Positions 1 to 8,715 of a DNA stretch of 32,000 bases are shown in pieces (the first letter of the stretch is position 1; every line of letters starts with the position of its first letter). The DNA comes from Phycisphaera mikurensis NBRC 102666. Lineage in GTDB: Bacteria > Planctomycetota > Phycisphaerae > Phycisphaerales > Phycisphaeraceae. Under the pieces are notes generated by a model, which was not told the origin of the DNA, did no database searches, and worked only from the letters and a program-made list of their open reading frames with translations. The stretch covers positions 150,001 to 182,000 of the forward strand of contig NC_017080.1 of assembly GCF_000284115.1 (NCBI RefSeq), in the 5' to 3' direction. A program made the position numbers and the translations under genes.

Positions 1-957
1 GAGGGCCGTCACGAAGATCCCCTCGATCCGCTTGCTGCACAGGTGCTCGTTGAGGAAGGCGCATGCCGTGCCGGCGGTCGCCTGGTGCTCGACGGGCATC
101 GCCATGAGGATGCTCTGGAACATCGCCATCACCACCGCCGCCGCCGGTCCGTGGCCCGAAACGTCGGCCACCACCAGGCCCCAGGCGCCGATCGCCCGCC
201 CCCGGTCGAGCCCGTCAACGCCCAACCCCCGGACGGTGTAGAAGTCGCCGCCGGCGGCGGCGGGCGTCTGGTACATCACCGCCAGCGACGCCCCGGGCAC
301 GTCGGGCAGCCGCTCGGGCAGCAGCGCCCGCTGGATCTTGCCGATCCGCTCGACCTCGGCGTCCTGCTCGGCCGCCGCCTCGCGGATCTGCTCCGCGAGG
401 CGGACCAGCCGCACGTTGCCGCCGACGAGGTTGCCCTGCAGCAGGGCTTCCCGCAGCTCCTCGTCGGTGAAGGGCTGGTCGTGCGCCCGCAGCTGCAGCG
501 CCCAGTTGAGCGGCTCGCCGCCGTCGAAGAGCGGGACCGCCATCACGCTGCCGAAGCGCTCGGCGTCGGGCCCGAGCACCGCATCGCGGACGGCGCCCAA
601 GCCGTTGCGCAGCCGCGGGCCGCCGCCGGCGATCATCTCGGCGATGAGGCCGCCGCGGTGCACCGGCAGCCTCCCCGCGTCGCGCCAGGGGTTGCCGCTC
701 TCGATGGACTCGTCCTCGTCGGTCAGGAGACGGCGGGTCACGCGGTACTCGCCGTCGCCGAGGCCCCGCCGTGACACGGAGACGAAGCCGCCGAGGTGGC
801 GCCCGCGGTGGAGCGCCTCGGCGAAGTGGCGGAGCACCTGCCGGGGGTCGCGGGCGGCGCTCACGCCGCGGAGCAGCTCGACGAGCCGGCCGAGGTCGGG
901 CGGGACGGGTTCGTCGGCGGAGCCGTCTCCGCGCGGATCAGGCGGTTCCGGGGCCAT
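1..957 (-). CDS. GAF-like domain plus SpoIIE/PP2C-type serine phosphatase, 3' end truncated by the window edge
   Basis: Minus-strand reading from ATG at 957 gives MAPEPPDPRGDGSADEPVPPDLGRLVELLRGVSAARDP... then ERIGKIQRALLPERLPDVPGASLAVMYQTPAAAGGDFYTVRGL...WGLVVADVSGHGPAAAVVMAMFQSIL. IQRALLP, GGDFY and DVSGHG are characteristic of SpoIIE-type phosphatases. Runs off the left edge, so absent from the ORF track. Confidence 0.85.
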   Translation of the reverse strand, partial: MAPEPPDPRGDGSADEPVPPDLGRLVELLRGVSAARDPRQVLRHFAEALHRGRHLGGFVSVSRRGLGDGEYRVTRRLLTDEDESIESGNPWRDAGRLPVHRGGLIAEMIAGGGPRLRNGLGAVRDAVLGPDAERFGSVMAVPLFDGGEPLNWALQLRAHDQPFTDEELREALLQGNLVGGNVRLVRLAEQIREAAAEQDAEVERIGKIQRALLPERLPDVPGASLAVMYQTPAAAGGDFYTVRGLGVDGLDRGRAIGAWGLVVADVSGHGPAAAVVMAMFQSILMAMPVEHQATAGTACAFLNEHLCSKRIEGIFVTAL

Positions 958-990
958 GCCGCGAGCCTACCGGGGTAGCGTCCCGGCCCC

Positions 991-1752
991 GTGGAAGCCG
1001 CCGACCGCCCATCCGATCCGTTCACGCCCGGCGGGCTTGGCGTGGTGATCCCGGCCCGCAACGAGGTCGACGCGATCCCACGCCTCGCCGCCGCGCTCGC
1101 GCCGCTGCTCGCCGACGGGTCCATCGCCCGGGCGGTCCTCGTCGACAACGGCTCCACCGACGGCACCGCCGCCGCCGCGGAAGCCGCCGGCCTCGGCGTC
1201 GTCCGCGAGCCGGTCCGCGGCTACGGCGCCGCGTGCCTCGCGGGAATCGCCCGGCTGCGGGAGGACCGCCCGGCGCCCGCCGCGGTCGGCTTCCTCGACG
1301 CCGACCTCGCCGACGACCCGGGCTTGCTCCCCGCCCTCGCCGCCCCGGTGCTCGCCGGCGCGGCGGACCTCGCCCTGGGCCAGCGCCCCCGCCTCGCCGA
1401 GCCCGGCTCGCTCAACGGCCACCAGCGCTTCGGCAACACGCTCGCCACCGCCCTGCTCCGCCTCGCGACCGGCCGCCGCCACCGCGACCTGGGGCCGATG
1501 CGGGTCGTCTCCGCCGCCGCCCTCGACCGGCTGGAGATGGCCGATCGCACGTGGGGCTGGACGATCGAGATGCAGCACAAAGCCGCGACCCGCGGCCTCC
1601 GCGTGGTCGAGCTGGACGTTCCCTACCGCCGGCGGACCACCGGCCGGAGCAAGATCAGCGGATCCCTGACGGGCTCCGCCCGCGCCGCCGTGGTGATCGT
1701 CCGCACCGTCGCCGCGCTGTGGTGGAGCGAGCGGCGTCGGCCCGGAGCTTGA
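991..1752 (+). CDS. Family 2 glycosyltransferase (DPM1/DPG-synthase-like)
   Basis: GVVIPARNEVDAIPRLAAAL...AVLVDNGSTDGTAAAAEAAG...GFLDADLADDP. Nucleotide-sugar-binding GT2 fold signature. Confidence 0.88.
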   Translation: MEAADRPSDPFTPGGLGVVIPARNEVDAIPRLAAALAPLLADGSIARAVLVDNGSTDGTAAAAEAAGLGVVREPVRGYGAACLAGIARLREDRPAPAAVGFLDADLADDPGLLPALAAPVLAGAADLALGQRPRLAEPGSLNGHQRFGNTLATALLRLATGRRHRDLGPMRVVSAAALDRLEMADRTWGWTIEMQHKAATRGLRVVELDVPYRRRTTGRSKISGSLTGSARAAVVIVRTVAALWWSERRRPGA

Positions 1753-1783
1753 ACGCCGACGCTGCCGCGGCGGATGCCGCCCC

Positions 1784-3157
1784 TCATCCCGCCGCGGGCG
1801 CGTTCACGGCGCGGCGTCCCACGCTCACGTAGGTGAAGCCCGCCTCCTCCATCACCGCGGGCTTGTAGAGGTTCCGGCCGTCGAAGATCACCGGGGCCGC
1901 GAGCGTCTCGCGGAGCCGCTCGAGCGGGGGCTGCTTGAACTCCGGCCAGTCGGTGCAGATCAGAAGGGCGTCGGCGTCCCGGGCCGTGTCCATCGGGCGG
2001 TCGCAATAGGTGATGCGGTCGCCGAGCAGCTCGCGTGCGGTCTCGTGCGCCACCGGGTCGTGCGCCTTCACCGTCGCCCCCGCCGCGAGAAGCTTCTCGA
2101 TGAGGGTGACCGCGGGGGCCTCCCGGACGTCGTCGGTGCCGGGCTTGAAGGCCAGCCCCCACACGCCGAAGGCCTTGCCGCGGAGGTTGCTCTCGCCGCC
2201 GAAGTGCTTCACGATCTTCGCGAAGAAGTCTTCCCGCTGCCGCTGGTTCACGTCATGCACCGCCTGCAGCAGCGGCGTGGGCGTCGCGCTCTCGCTGCCC
2301 ATGGACACGCAGGCCAGCGTGTCCTTGGGGAAGCACGAGCCGCCGTAGCCCAGCCCCGGGTACAGGAACTTGTTGCCGATGCGGGCGTCGGAGGTCATGC
2401 CCCGCCACACCTCGTCGACGTTGCTGCCGTAGGCCTCGCACAGGGCGGCGATCTCGTTGATGAAGCTGATCTTCGTCGCCAGCATCGCGTTCGCCGCGTA
2501 CTTCACCATCTCCGCCGAGGGGATGTCCATCACGTAGATGGGGTGGCCGTTGCGCACGAAGGGCTCGTACAGGTCGCGCATGCGGCCGCCGGTGCCGTGC
2601 TCGTCGTCGACGCCGACGACCACGCGGTCGGGCTTCATGAAGTCGGTGATGGCCGCGCCCTCCTTGAGGAACTCGGGGTTGCTGGCCATGCGGAAGGGCT
2701 TGCCGGTCTTCGCGGCGATCGCCTCGCGGACCTTCGCGTTGGTGCCCACCGGGACGGTGCTCTTGACGACGATGATCTTCGCCCGGCGCTCGCCCGGGTC
2801 GCCGCCGGTCTCGCCCCCGGCCGCCTCGATCGCGTCGCCGATGTCGCCCGAGGCGGCCAGGACGTACTTGAGGTCGGCGTGGCCGCGGGCGTCGGAGGGC
2901 GTGCCCACGCACAGGAAGATGATCTCGGCGGAGGCGTACGCCGCGGCCTTGTCGACGGTGAAGTGCAGGCGGCCGGCCTTCACGTTCCGGGCGATCATCT
3001 CGTCGAGGCCCGGCTCGTAGATCGGCGAGATGCCGGCCTTGAGCTTGTCGATCTTCACGGGATCGACGTCGAGGCAGGTGACCTCGTTGCCCAGGTTCGC
3101 GAAGCAGGTGCCGGTGACGAGCCCGACGTAGCCGGTGCCGACCATCGTGATGCGCAT
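1784..3157 (-). CDS. ugd: UDP-glucose/GDP-mannose dehydrogenase family, most likely UDP-glucose 6-dehydrogenase
   Basis: MRITMVGTGYVGLVTGTCFANLGNEVTCLDVDPVKI...NPEFLKEGAAITDF...FLYPGLGYGGSCFPKDT. Rossmann motif and catalytic Cys motif GGSCFPKD. Confidence 0.95.
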   Translation of the reverse strand: MRITMVGTGYVGLVTGTCFANLGNEVTCLDVDPVKIDKLKAGISPIYEPGLDEMIARNVKAGRLHFTVDKAAAYASAEIIFLCVGTPSDARGHADLKYVLAASGDIGDAIEAAGGETGGDPGERRAKIIVVKSTVPVGTNAKVREAIAAKTGKPFRMASNPEFLKEGAAITDFMKPDRVVVGVDDEHGTGGRMRDLYEPFVRNGHPIYVMDIPSAEMVKYAANAMLATKISFINEIAALCEAYGSNVDEVWRGMTSDARIGNKFLYPGLGYGGSCFPKDTLACVSMGSESATPTPLLQAVHDVNQRQREDFFAKIVKHFGGESNLRGKAFGVWGLAFKPGTDDVREAPAVTLIEKLLAAGATVKAHDPVAHETARELLGDRITYCDRPMDTARDADALLICTDWPEFKQPPLERLRETLAAPVIFDGRNLYKPAVMEEAGFTYVSVGRRAVNAPAAG

Positions 3158-3339
3158 GAAGGAAGCCGTGGTTGGGGGGGAAGCGGGGTCCGGAGCCCGG
3201 TCTATCGGGCGGAGAGGGTAGATCCTTCACGATCCAGCGAAGGTGTCAGGTACATTCATCCCGCCCGCCGCCCGCCGCCGCGGCTCCGCCGGGTGCCCCC
3301 GAGGCCGCGGGCTCCGATCGTGCCGCCTCGCCGGGCGCT

Positions 3340-4107
3340 TCAGCTGAAGAACAGCTTGTCGAGCTCGTTGAGGAACTTCGCGAGGAAGAAGTTCGCGACA
3401 ATGATCGCGATGAAGGCGTTGACGAAGGCTTCGGTCGTCGCGCGGCCCACCCCCGAGGCCCCCGCCCGGCAGGTGAAGCCCTTGTAGCAGGCGATCAGCC
3501 CGATCAGCAGGCCGAACACCACCGACTTGATGATGCCCGTCGCGACGTCCCAGCTGTCGATGAGGAAGGCCGAGAAAGCCCCGTACTGGCCGCCGTCGAC
3601 GCCGAAGCCTTTCACCACCACGAGGTAGCCGCCGGCGATGCCCAGCAGGTTCGAGAACACCGTGAGCACCGGCAGCATGAAGACGCAGGCGAGCACCCGC
3701 GGCACGGCGAGGTGGCGCACGGGGTCGGTGCCCATCGCCCGGAGCGCGTCGATCTGCTCGGTGACCCGCATCGTCCCCAGCTCGGCGGAGAAAGCGCCGC
3801 CCACCCGGCCGGCGACCATCATCGCCGCGAGCACCGGGCCGATCTGCTTGACGACCGAGAGACCGATCGCACCGCCGAGGCGGGTCTCCTGGCCGATCTG
3901 CGCGAGCAGGTCGAAGGTCTCGATGCCGATCACGGCGCCCACGAACAGCCCGACGAGCCCGACGACCGGCACGCTCGCGACGCCGACCACGAACATCTGC
4001 GGCATGAGCACGCGGACGCGGCCTTTGAGGGGGGCGAAGAGCGTCCACCAGCCGACCTGCCCGCAGAAGCGGCTGAAGCGGCCGAAGGCCTCCAACAGCC
4101 GCGCCAC
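3340..4107 (-). CDS. MlaE/Ttg2B family ABC transporter permease
   Basis: [39 protein letters not shown]...[45 protein letters not shown], conserved in the MlaE family. Start is uncertain: a GTG at 4107 gives about 255 aa and the ORF is open to 4335. Confidence 0.88.
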   Translation of the reverse strand: [255 protein letters not shown]

Positions 4108-4214
4108 GCCCGGGGGTTCTCGGCGGTGCGGTGCGGGCGGAAGCACCGGGCGGGGCGCCGTGGGGGCGTCGGGATCGGCGGGCGCGGCGGTGATGCTTCG
4201 ACGGTAGCCGGGGC

Positions 4215-4841
4215 TCAGCGGCCGAAGCGGAGCGTGCGGGCGGGCGTCGCCAGCGCGGCGACCGGCCGGTCGTGCGCTCCCACCGGGACGGCGGCCACGG
4301 CCTGCGCCTCGAAGGCCAAGCCCACCGAAAAGCACCCCGGGTGCCCGGCGAGCCAGCGGTCGTAGAAGCCGCCGCCGCGGCCGAGGCGGGCCCCGGTCGC
4401 GGGGTCGAAGGCGACCCCGGGCACGAGCACCACGGCGGGGTCATCCATCCACGCGCCCGCCTCGTCGCCCGGGGCCGGTGCCGGGGCGGGCACGCCCAAG
4501 GGCCCGGCCGCGAGCCCGGCGAGCCCCCGCGGCTCCAGCCGTCGCGCCCGCATCGCCGCCGGACCGGTCACCACCGGCACCGCCACAACGTGGCCCGCGG
4601 CGAGCAGGCGATCCACCAGGCCCGCCGTCGGCAGCTCCCGCGGCGTCGCCGCGTACGCGAGCACGCGCGTCGGCGCCGCCAGCTCCGGCAACGCGAGCAC
4701 GCGGTCGGCCACCGCTGCGCCGGCCGCCGCCCGATGCGCCGGCGTGATCGAGCCGCGGACCGCCGCCATCCGCTTGCGGAGACGGGCCTTGCCCAGGCCG
4801 ATCGCGGCGCGGTCCGCGTCGGTCGGGTCGGGTGCGGGCAC
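4215..4841 (-). CDS. 5-formyltetrahydrofolate cyclo-ligase
   Basis: KARLRKRMAAVRGSITPAHRAAAGAAVADRVLALPEL...VVLVPGVAFDPATGARLGRGGGFYDRWLAG. The VPGVAFD...GRGGGFYDR motif is diagnostic. GTG start at 4841 is likely. Confidence 0.9.
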   Translation of the reverse strand: MPAPDPTDADRAAIGLGKARLRKRMAAVRGSITPAHRAAAGAAVADRVLALPELAAPTRVLAYAATPRELPTAGLVDRLLAAGHVVAVPVVTGPAAMRARRLEPRGLAGLAAGPLGVPAPAPAPGDEAGAWMDDPAVVLVPGVAFDPATGARLGRGGGFYDRWLAGHPGCFSVGLAFEAQAVAAVPVGAHDRPVAALATPARTLRFGR

Positions 4842-4925
4842 GGCCGAGGCTAGGTCGCGCCGGGACGGCGCCCGAGGCCGAGCGACGCCCGGTCGTTCTT
4901 GAGCGCGGCCTAGAATCCCTGCGTG

Positions 4926-5357
4926 ATGATCCCCGCGGAACTCGTCGAGCTCGCCCGCTCCAGCCGCTACCCGCTGGACGCGTTCCTGTTCGTCCAGCGA
5001 GGCCTCGACCACACGGTCCGCGCGCTGCACGGCGACGGCGACGACGCGACCCAGGCCCAAGACCCCGAGGAGGACGAGGAGGACACCAGCCGCCACGTCT
5101 CGGGCCGGCAGCTCTGCGAGGGCATCCGCGACTTCGCGATCGCCCAGTACGGCCTGCTCGCCCCCGTCGTGCTCAACCGCTGGAATGTGCGGAGGAGCCA
5201 GGACTTCGGCCGGATCGTCTTCGAGATGGTCGACGCCGGGCTGATGCGCAAGACCGACGAGGACAACGTCGACGACTTCAACGACGTGTTCGACTTCCGC
5301 GAGGCCTTCGGCCCCGAGGCCGCCATCGCCAAGGTGCTGCCGCCGGTCGCGGGCTGA
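4926..5357 (+). CDS. Conserved hypothetical protein of the Minf_1886 type
   Basis: MIPAELVELARSSRYPLDAFLFVQRGLDHTVRAL...RHVSGRQLCEGIRDFAIAQYGLLAPVVLNRWNVRRSQDFGRIVFEMVDAGLMRKTDEDNVDDF, matching the recognised Minf_1886-like pattern known from Planctomycetes/Verrucomicrobia. Confidence 0.8.
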   Translation: MIPAELVELARSSRYPLDAFLFVQRGLDHTVRALHGDGDDATQAQDPEEDEEDTSRHVSGRQLCEGIRDFAIAQYGLLAPVVLNRWNVRRSQDFGRIVFEMVDAGLMRKTDEDNVDDFNDVFDFREAFGPEAAIAKVLPPVAG

Positions 5358-5436
5358 GCGTCCGGCCGGCGGGGATCCGCGGGTGCCGCGTCCCGCGCCC
5401 GCCTCGCGGAACGCTCCCGATCCGGCTGCCGGCGCG

Positions 5437-6918
5437 TCAACCCAGCGCTTTGCGGGCGTCGCGGATCGCCTCGACGCGCTCGCGGATGTCGCGGTAGCCG
5501 ATGTCGCTCTGGAGCAACGCGCTGGCGTACTCGGACGCCTTCTCCAGGTTCTCCGCGGGCTCCTGCCCGTCCGCGGCCGCCTTCTGGTGCGCGGTCATGA
5601 GCTCGTACTGGAGATCCTTGCCGACGGCGTCGTCCTTCACGGGGTGCTGCTCGAGCCCCTTGCCCAGCGTCTGGACCGCCTCGCCCACCCAGTCCTTCGC
5701 GAGGAAGGCGCGGCCGAGCAGGAGGTGGCTGGCGGAACGCGACTTGGGGTCGGTGGCGGCCTGCTGCAGCATGCCGATGGCCTCATCGTGCATGCCGGCT
5801 TGCAGCAGCCGCTTGCCGAAGTCGTACTTGAGACGCAGGTCCGTGGGGTACTGCTTGACGCGGGTCTGGTACTCCTTGAGCTCGAAATCCAGCCGCTGCT
5901 TCGTGGCTTTCTCGTACTTCTCCCGGTAGCCGGCGTCGTCCGGCGCCGCCTTCACGAACTGCGCGAGCTGCTGGCAGCGCTGCGCCAGCTGCTTCATGCG
6001 GATGTCGCCGGCCTTGGCGCGGAAGCGGAACTGCCCGGTGGCCTCCGCCGCGGCGGCGAGCCGCTTGATCGCCTCGTCGGCGTGCTCCTTCTCGCCGGTC
6101 TTGAGCAGGGCATCGACCAGCTTGGTGAGGGCGTCGGTGTCCTCGGGGTTCGCGTCGACCTCCTCCCGCCGCTTGGCGATCAGCGACTCGACGCCCTTGC
6201 CGCCGCCGGAGATCTCGGCCTGGATCTCGGCCTGCTTGTCGGCATCCTTGAGGTTGCCCAGGGAGGACTTCGCCTCCTTGCGCTCCATCGTGTACTTCTG
6301 CGCCTCGAGGTCCTTGAGCTCGTCGATGAGCTTGTCGTTGTTGGGCGTGAGGCCGATGGCGCGGCGGTGGGCCTCGACCGCCTTGTCGTAGCGGCCGATC
6401 GCGGAGAAGCCGTCGCGGGTGCGGAGCAGCAGCTTCGCGTCGGGCTTCTTCGACGAGAGGTTGTAGTCCATCGCCATCTCGCCGATCCAGAACACCACCT
6501 CGCCGAGGTGCAGGTCCTCGTTGGCGGGGTCGTTGTCGGCCTCGACGGCGGCGTCCATCACGCCCTGGGCGAGCGCGGGATCGGTGAAGTCCATCGCCCA
6601 GATCTTCTCTGCGTGGGCGAGGCGGTCGACCGGGCTGTCGCCCATGCCCTTGAGCTTCCGCTCGGCGAAGCCGGCGGGCTTGCCGCCGGAGACCTTCCGC
6701 CGCTTGGCGGCGTCGAGCAGCGCCTCGTGCCGTCTCATGTCGTCGGGGCTGAGCTGCAGCCCGCGGATGTACATGTCGATCGCGCCGTCGTACCGCCCGC
6801 TCTCGGCGTAGGTGGCCGCGTGCTCGAAGAAGCGCTCCGCCTTCTTGGGGTCGCGGCGCGAGGGCCTGGCGGGCGCCGCGTCGTCCTTGCTTTTGCCGCC
6901 GATGCCGAAAAGAGCCAA
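5437..6918 (-). CDS. Large tetratricopeptide-repeat protein
   Basis: ERFFEHAATYAESGRYDGAIDMYIRGLQLSPDD, GFSAIGRYDKAVEAHRRAIGLTPNNDK and KYDFGKRLLQAGMHDEAIGMLQQAATDPKSR. Start uncertain; possible TTG at 6918. Confidence 0.8.
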   Translation of the reverse strand: MALFGIGGKSKDDAAPARPSRRDPKKAERFFEHAATYAESGRYDGAIDMYIRGLQLSPDDMRRHEALLDAAKRRKVSGGKPAGFAERKLKGMGDSPVDRLAHAEKIWAMDFTDPALAQGVMDAAVEADNDPANEDLHLGEVVFWIGEMAMDYNLSSKKPDAKLLLRTRDGFSAIGRYDKAVEAHRRAIGLTPNNDKLIDELKDLEAQKYTMERKEAKSSLGNLKDADKQAEIQAEISGGGKGVESLIAKRREEVDANPEDTDALTKLVDALLKTGEKEHADEAIKRLAAAAEATGQFRFRAKAGDIRMKQLAQRCQQLAQFVKAAPDDAGYREKYEKATKQRLDFELKEYQTRVKQYPTDLRLKYDFGKRLLQAGMHDEAIGMLQQAATDPKSRSASHLLLGRAFLAKDWVGEAVQTLGKGLEQHPVKDDAVGKDLQYELMTAHQKAAADGQEPAENLEKASEYASALLQSDIGYRDIRERVEAIRDARKALG

Positions 6919-7039
6919 GAGGAAAGCTTTCGTTGGGGGGAGGGAGGGCGGAGGCCTTGGAGCCGGGGAGTCTAAGGAACAAGCGGAGCGGTAGGCAGAG
7001 CCGACGGGGCCTCCCGCGGCTCTGCGGTACAACCTGCTC

Positions 7040-7801
7040 ATGGCTCCACCGATTCCCATCGCGGTCAACGGCGCGGCCGGCCGCATGGGCCAGCGGCTGC
7101 TCACCCTCGCCGAGGAGGACCCGGCGCTGCGTCCCGTCGCCGGCTTCGACATCGAATCCCCCGTCACCGCGGCAGCGCTGCGGGAGGTGAACGCCCGTGC
7201 GCTCATCGACTTCTCCCACGCCGACGCGCTGGAGGCCTCCGCCAAAGCCGCGGCCGGCGCGGGCGCCGCCTTGATCCTCGGGACCACCGGGCTCGACGCC
7301 TCGCACGACGGGGCGATCGACGCGGCGGCGGCGCGGGTTCCGGTCGTCGCCGCGAGCAACTTCTCGGTGGTCGTCAACGTGCTGCACCACCTCGCCGCCG
7401 AGGCGGTGCGGCTGCTGCAGCCCGACGCCGCGCCGGGCTGGGACGTGGAGGTCATGGAGATGCACCACCGCTACAAGAAGGATGCGCCCTCGGGGACGGC
7501 GCTGGCGCTGGCGCGGACGCTGGCCGCAGCCGCGGGCCGCGACCGCTCGTGCATCCGGCTGGAACGCCACGGCGACGAGGCGACTCGCGACCCCGGCGAG
7601 ATCACGGTGCAGACGCTGCGGGTGGGCGACCACCCCGGCGAGCACACGATTCTCCTGGGCGCACCGGGCGAGCGGCTGGAACTCAAGCACGTGTCGACGA
7701 GCCGCGACAGCTACGCAACCGGGGCGCTGCGGGCGGCGGCGTGGGCGGCGGGCCGGCCGCCGGGGCGGTACGCGATCGCCGAGGCGCTGGGCATCGGCTG
7801 A
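7040..7801 (+). CDS. dapB: 4-hydroxy-tetrahydrodipicolinate reductase
   Basis: PIPIAVNGAAGRMGQRLLTLAEEDP...ALIDFSHADALEA...EVMEMHHRYKKDAPSGTALALA. The E-x-H-H-x-x-K-x-D-x-P-S-G-T-A motif is diagnostic. Confidence 0.95.
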   Translation: MAPPIPIAVNGAAGRMGQRLLTLAEEDPALRPVAGFDIESPVTAAALREVNARALIDFSHADALEASAKAAAGAGAALILGTTGLDASHDGAIDAAAARVPVVAASNFSVVVNVLHHLAAEAVRLLQPDAAPGWDVEVMEMHHRYKKDAPSGTALALARTLAAAAGRDRSCIRLERHGDEATRDPGEITVQTLRVGDHPGEHTILLGAPGERLELKHVSTSRDSYATGALRAAAWAAGRPPGRYAIAEALGIG

Positions 7802-7803
7802 GC

Positions 7804-7849
7804 CCGCGGACCGTGGGCGAGAACGCGACCCGATGCCGACGGTCCGCGG
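7804..7849. repeat. 46-bp palindromic element, copy A (may serve as a dapB terminator)
   Basis: CCGCGGACCGT ... ACGGTCCGCGG: 11-bp perfect arms starting 2 bp after the dapB stop codon. Confidence 0.75.
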
Positions 7850-7858
7850 ATCCGACGC

Positions 7859-7913
7859 CGGACCAGGCCCGGACCAGGCCCGGATCCGACCCGGATCGGG
7901 CCCGGATCAGGCC
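7859..7913. repeat. Five tandem 11-bp units, consensus CGGAYCAGGCC
   Basis: Read directly: cggaccaggcc | cggaccaggcc | cggatccgacc | cggatcgggcc | cggatcaggcc. Confidence 0.9.
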
Positions 7914-8497
7914 GCGACGTCGGCCCCGAGGTCTGTCTCTCGGTCCGACCCTTGGTCGAACCCTTGTTCCTGCCGCGTCGGCCGGGCGGCGGAGAGATCC
8001 GCCCAGTCGGCGGCGCTGAGCGTCGCGAGCTCGCCGGGGTCTTCGGGGAGCAGGGCGTCCGCCCAGTACGCCGCGTCCTCGTCGCAGCCGACGCCCGAGA
8101 GGGCACAAGCCAGCGCGACGCGTGCGCGCACCCACGAGGGGGAGAGCCGGACGGCCGCGCGGAAGTGGCCGATCGCGTCGCCGGGGAGCAGCTCGGCGCA
8201 GGCGAGGCCGGCGGCCAGCTGGAAGCCGGGGCGGTTGGGGCACAGGTTCGCCGCCCGCACGAGGTGGTCGCGGGCGGTCGCCGGCTCCCCGGCCGCCACC
8301 GCGAGCCGACCGAGCACGAACCACGCCCGGCCGCGGCCGGGCGAGAGCAGCGCCGCCTGGCGCGCCAGCCGCCCCGCCGCGGCGGGGTGGTCGTGGGCGC
8401 AGCAGCGTTCCGCGAGGTCGAGCAGCACGCCAATGCCTGATCGGAGGCTCCGCCGGTGGCGGAGCTTCGAGTGCGGGGAGAGGAGGCTTTCCGCCAT
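7907..8497 (-). CDS. TPR-like protein of unknown function
   Basis: MAESLLSPHSKLRHRRSLRSGIGVLLDLAERCCAHDHPAAAGRLARQAALLSPGRGRAWFVLGRLAVAAGEPATARDHLVRAANLCPNRP, helical TPR-like periodicity. Placed between flagellin and dapB. Confidence 0.65.
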   Translation of the reverse strand: MAESLLSPHSKLRHRRSLRSGIGVLLDLAERCCAHDHPAAAGRLARQAALLSPGRGRAWFVLGRLAVAAGEPATARDHLVRAANLCPNRPGFQLAAGLACAELLPGDAIGHFRAAVRLSPSWVRARVALACALSGVGCDEDAAYWADALLPEDPGELATLSAADWADLSAARPTRQEQGFDQGSDRETDLGADVAA

Positions 8498-8715
8498 GCC
8501 CACCGTATCGGGGGGAGGGGCGTGGAGGCTCCGGAAAAGGCGGGGGCCCGTCGGTGGGAGCGGGCGCCCGAGCAAGCGAAGAAGGGGCCGCAGAAGGCGC
8601 AGGACCCGCCGGGAAGGCGCGGCACGGCGAGCCTCGCCGTCCGGACCACCCCGCCGCGACCCGTTCCTGCTCGCTCCCCCCGCTCCCTCGCCCCGGCGGC
8701 GTGGCCGGCGCTTGC

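Noticed and set aside
2045-3487. Long shadow ORFs opposite real genes (e.g. 2045-3487 +, 7482-8864 +, 8122-10212 +, 11269-13491 +, 16186-18117 +, 22270-24222 -, 28691-30673 -)
   Set aside because: Translations are His/Arg/Gly/Ala/Pro-rich with no domain signatures, and the opposite strand or another frame encodes recognisable proteins. Typical of high-GC genomes.
4753-4819. CCGCGGACCG and CGCGGTCCGCG facing each other in the 5-FTHF cyclo-ligase gene
   Set aside because: Spacing does not match the 46-bp element and the arms differ at the ends; best explained by coding sequence with high GC.
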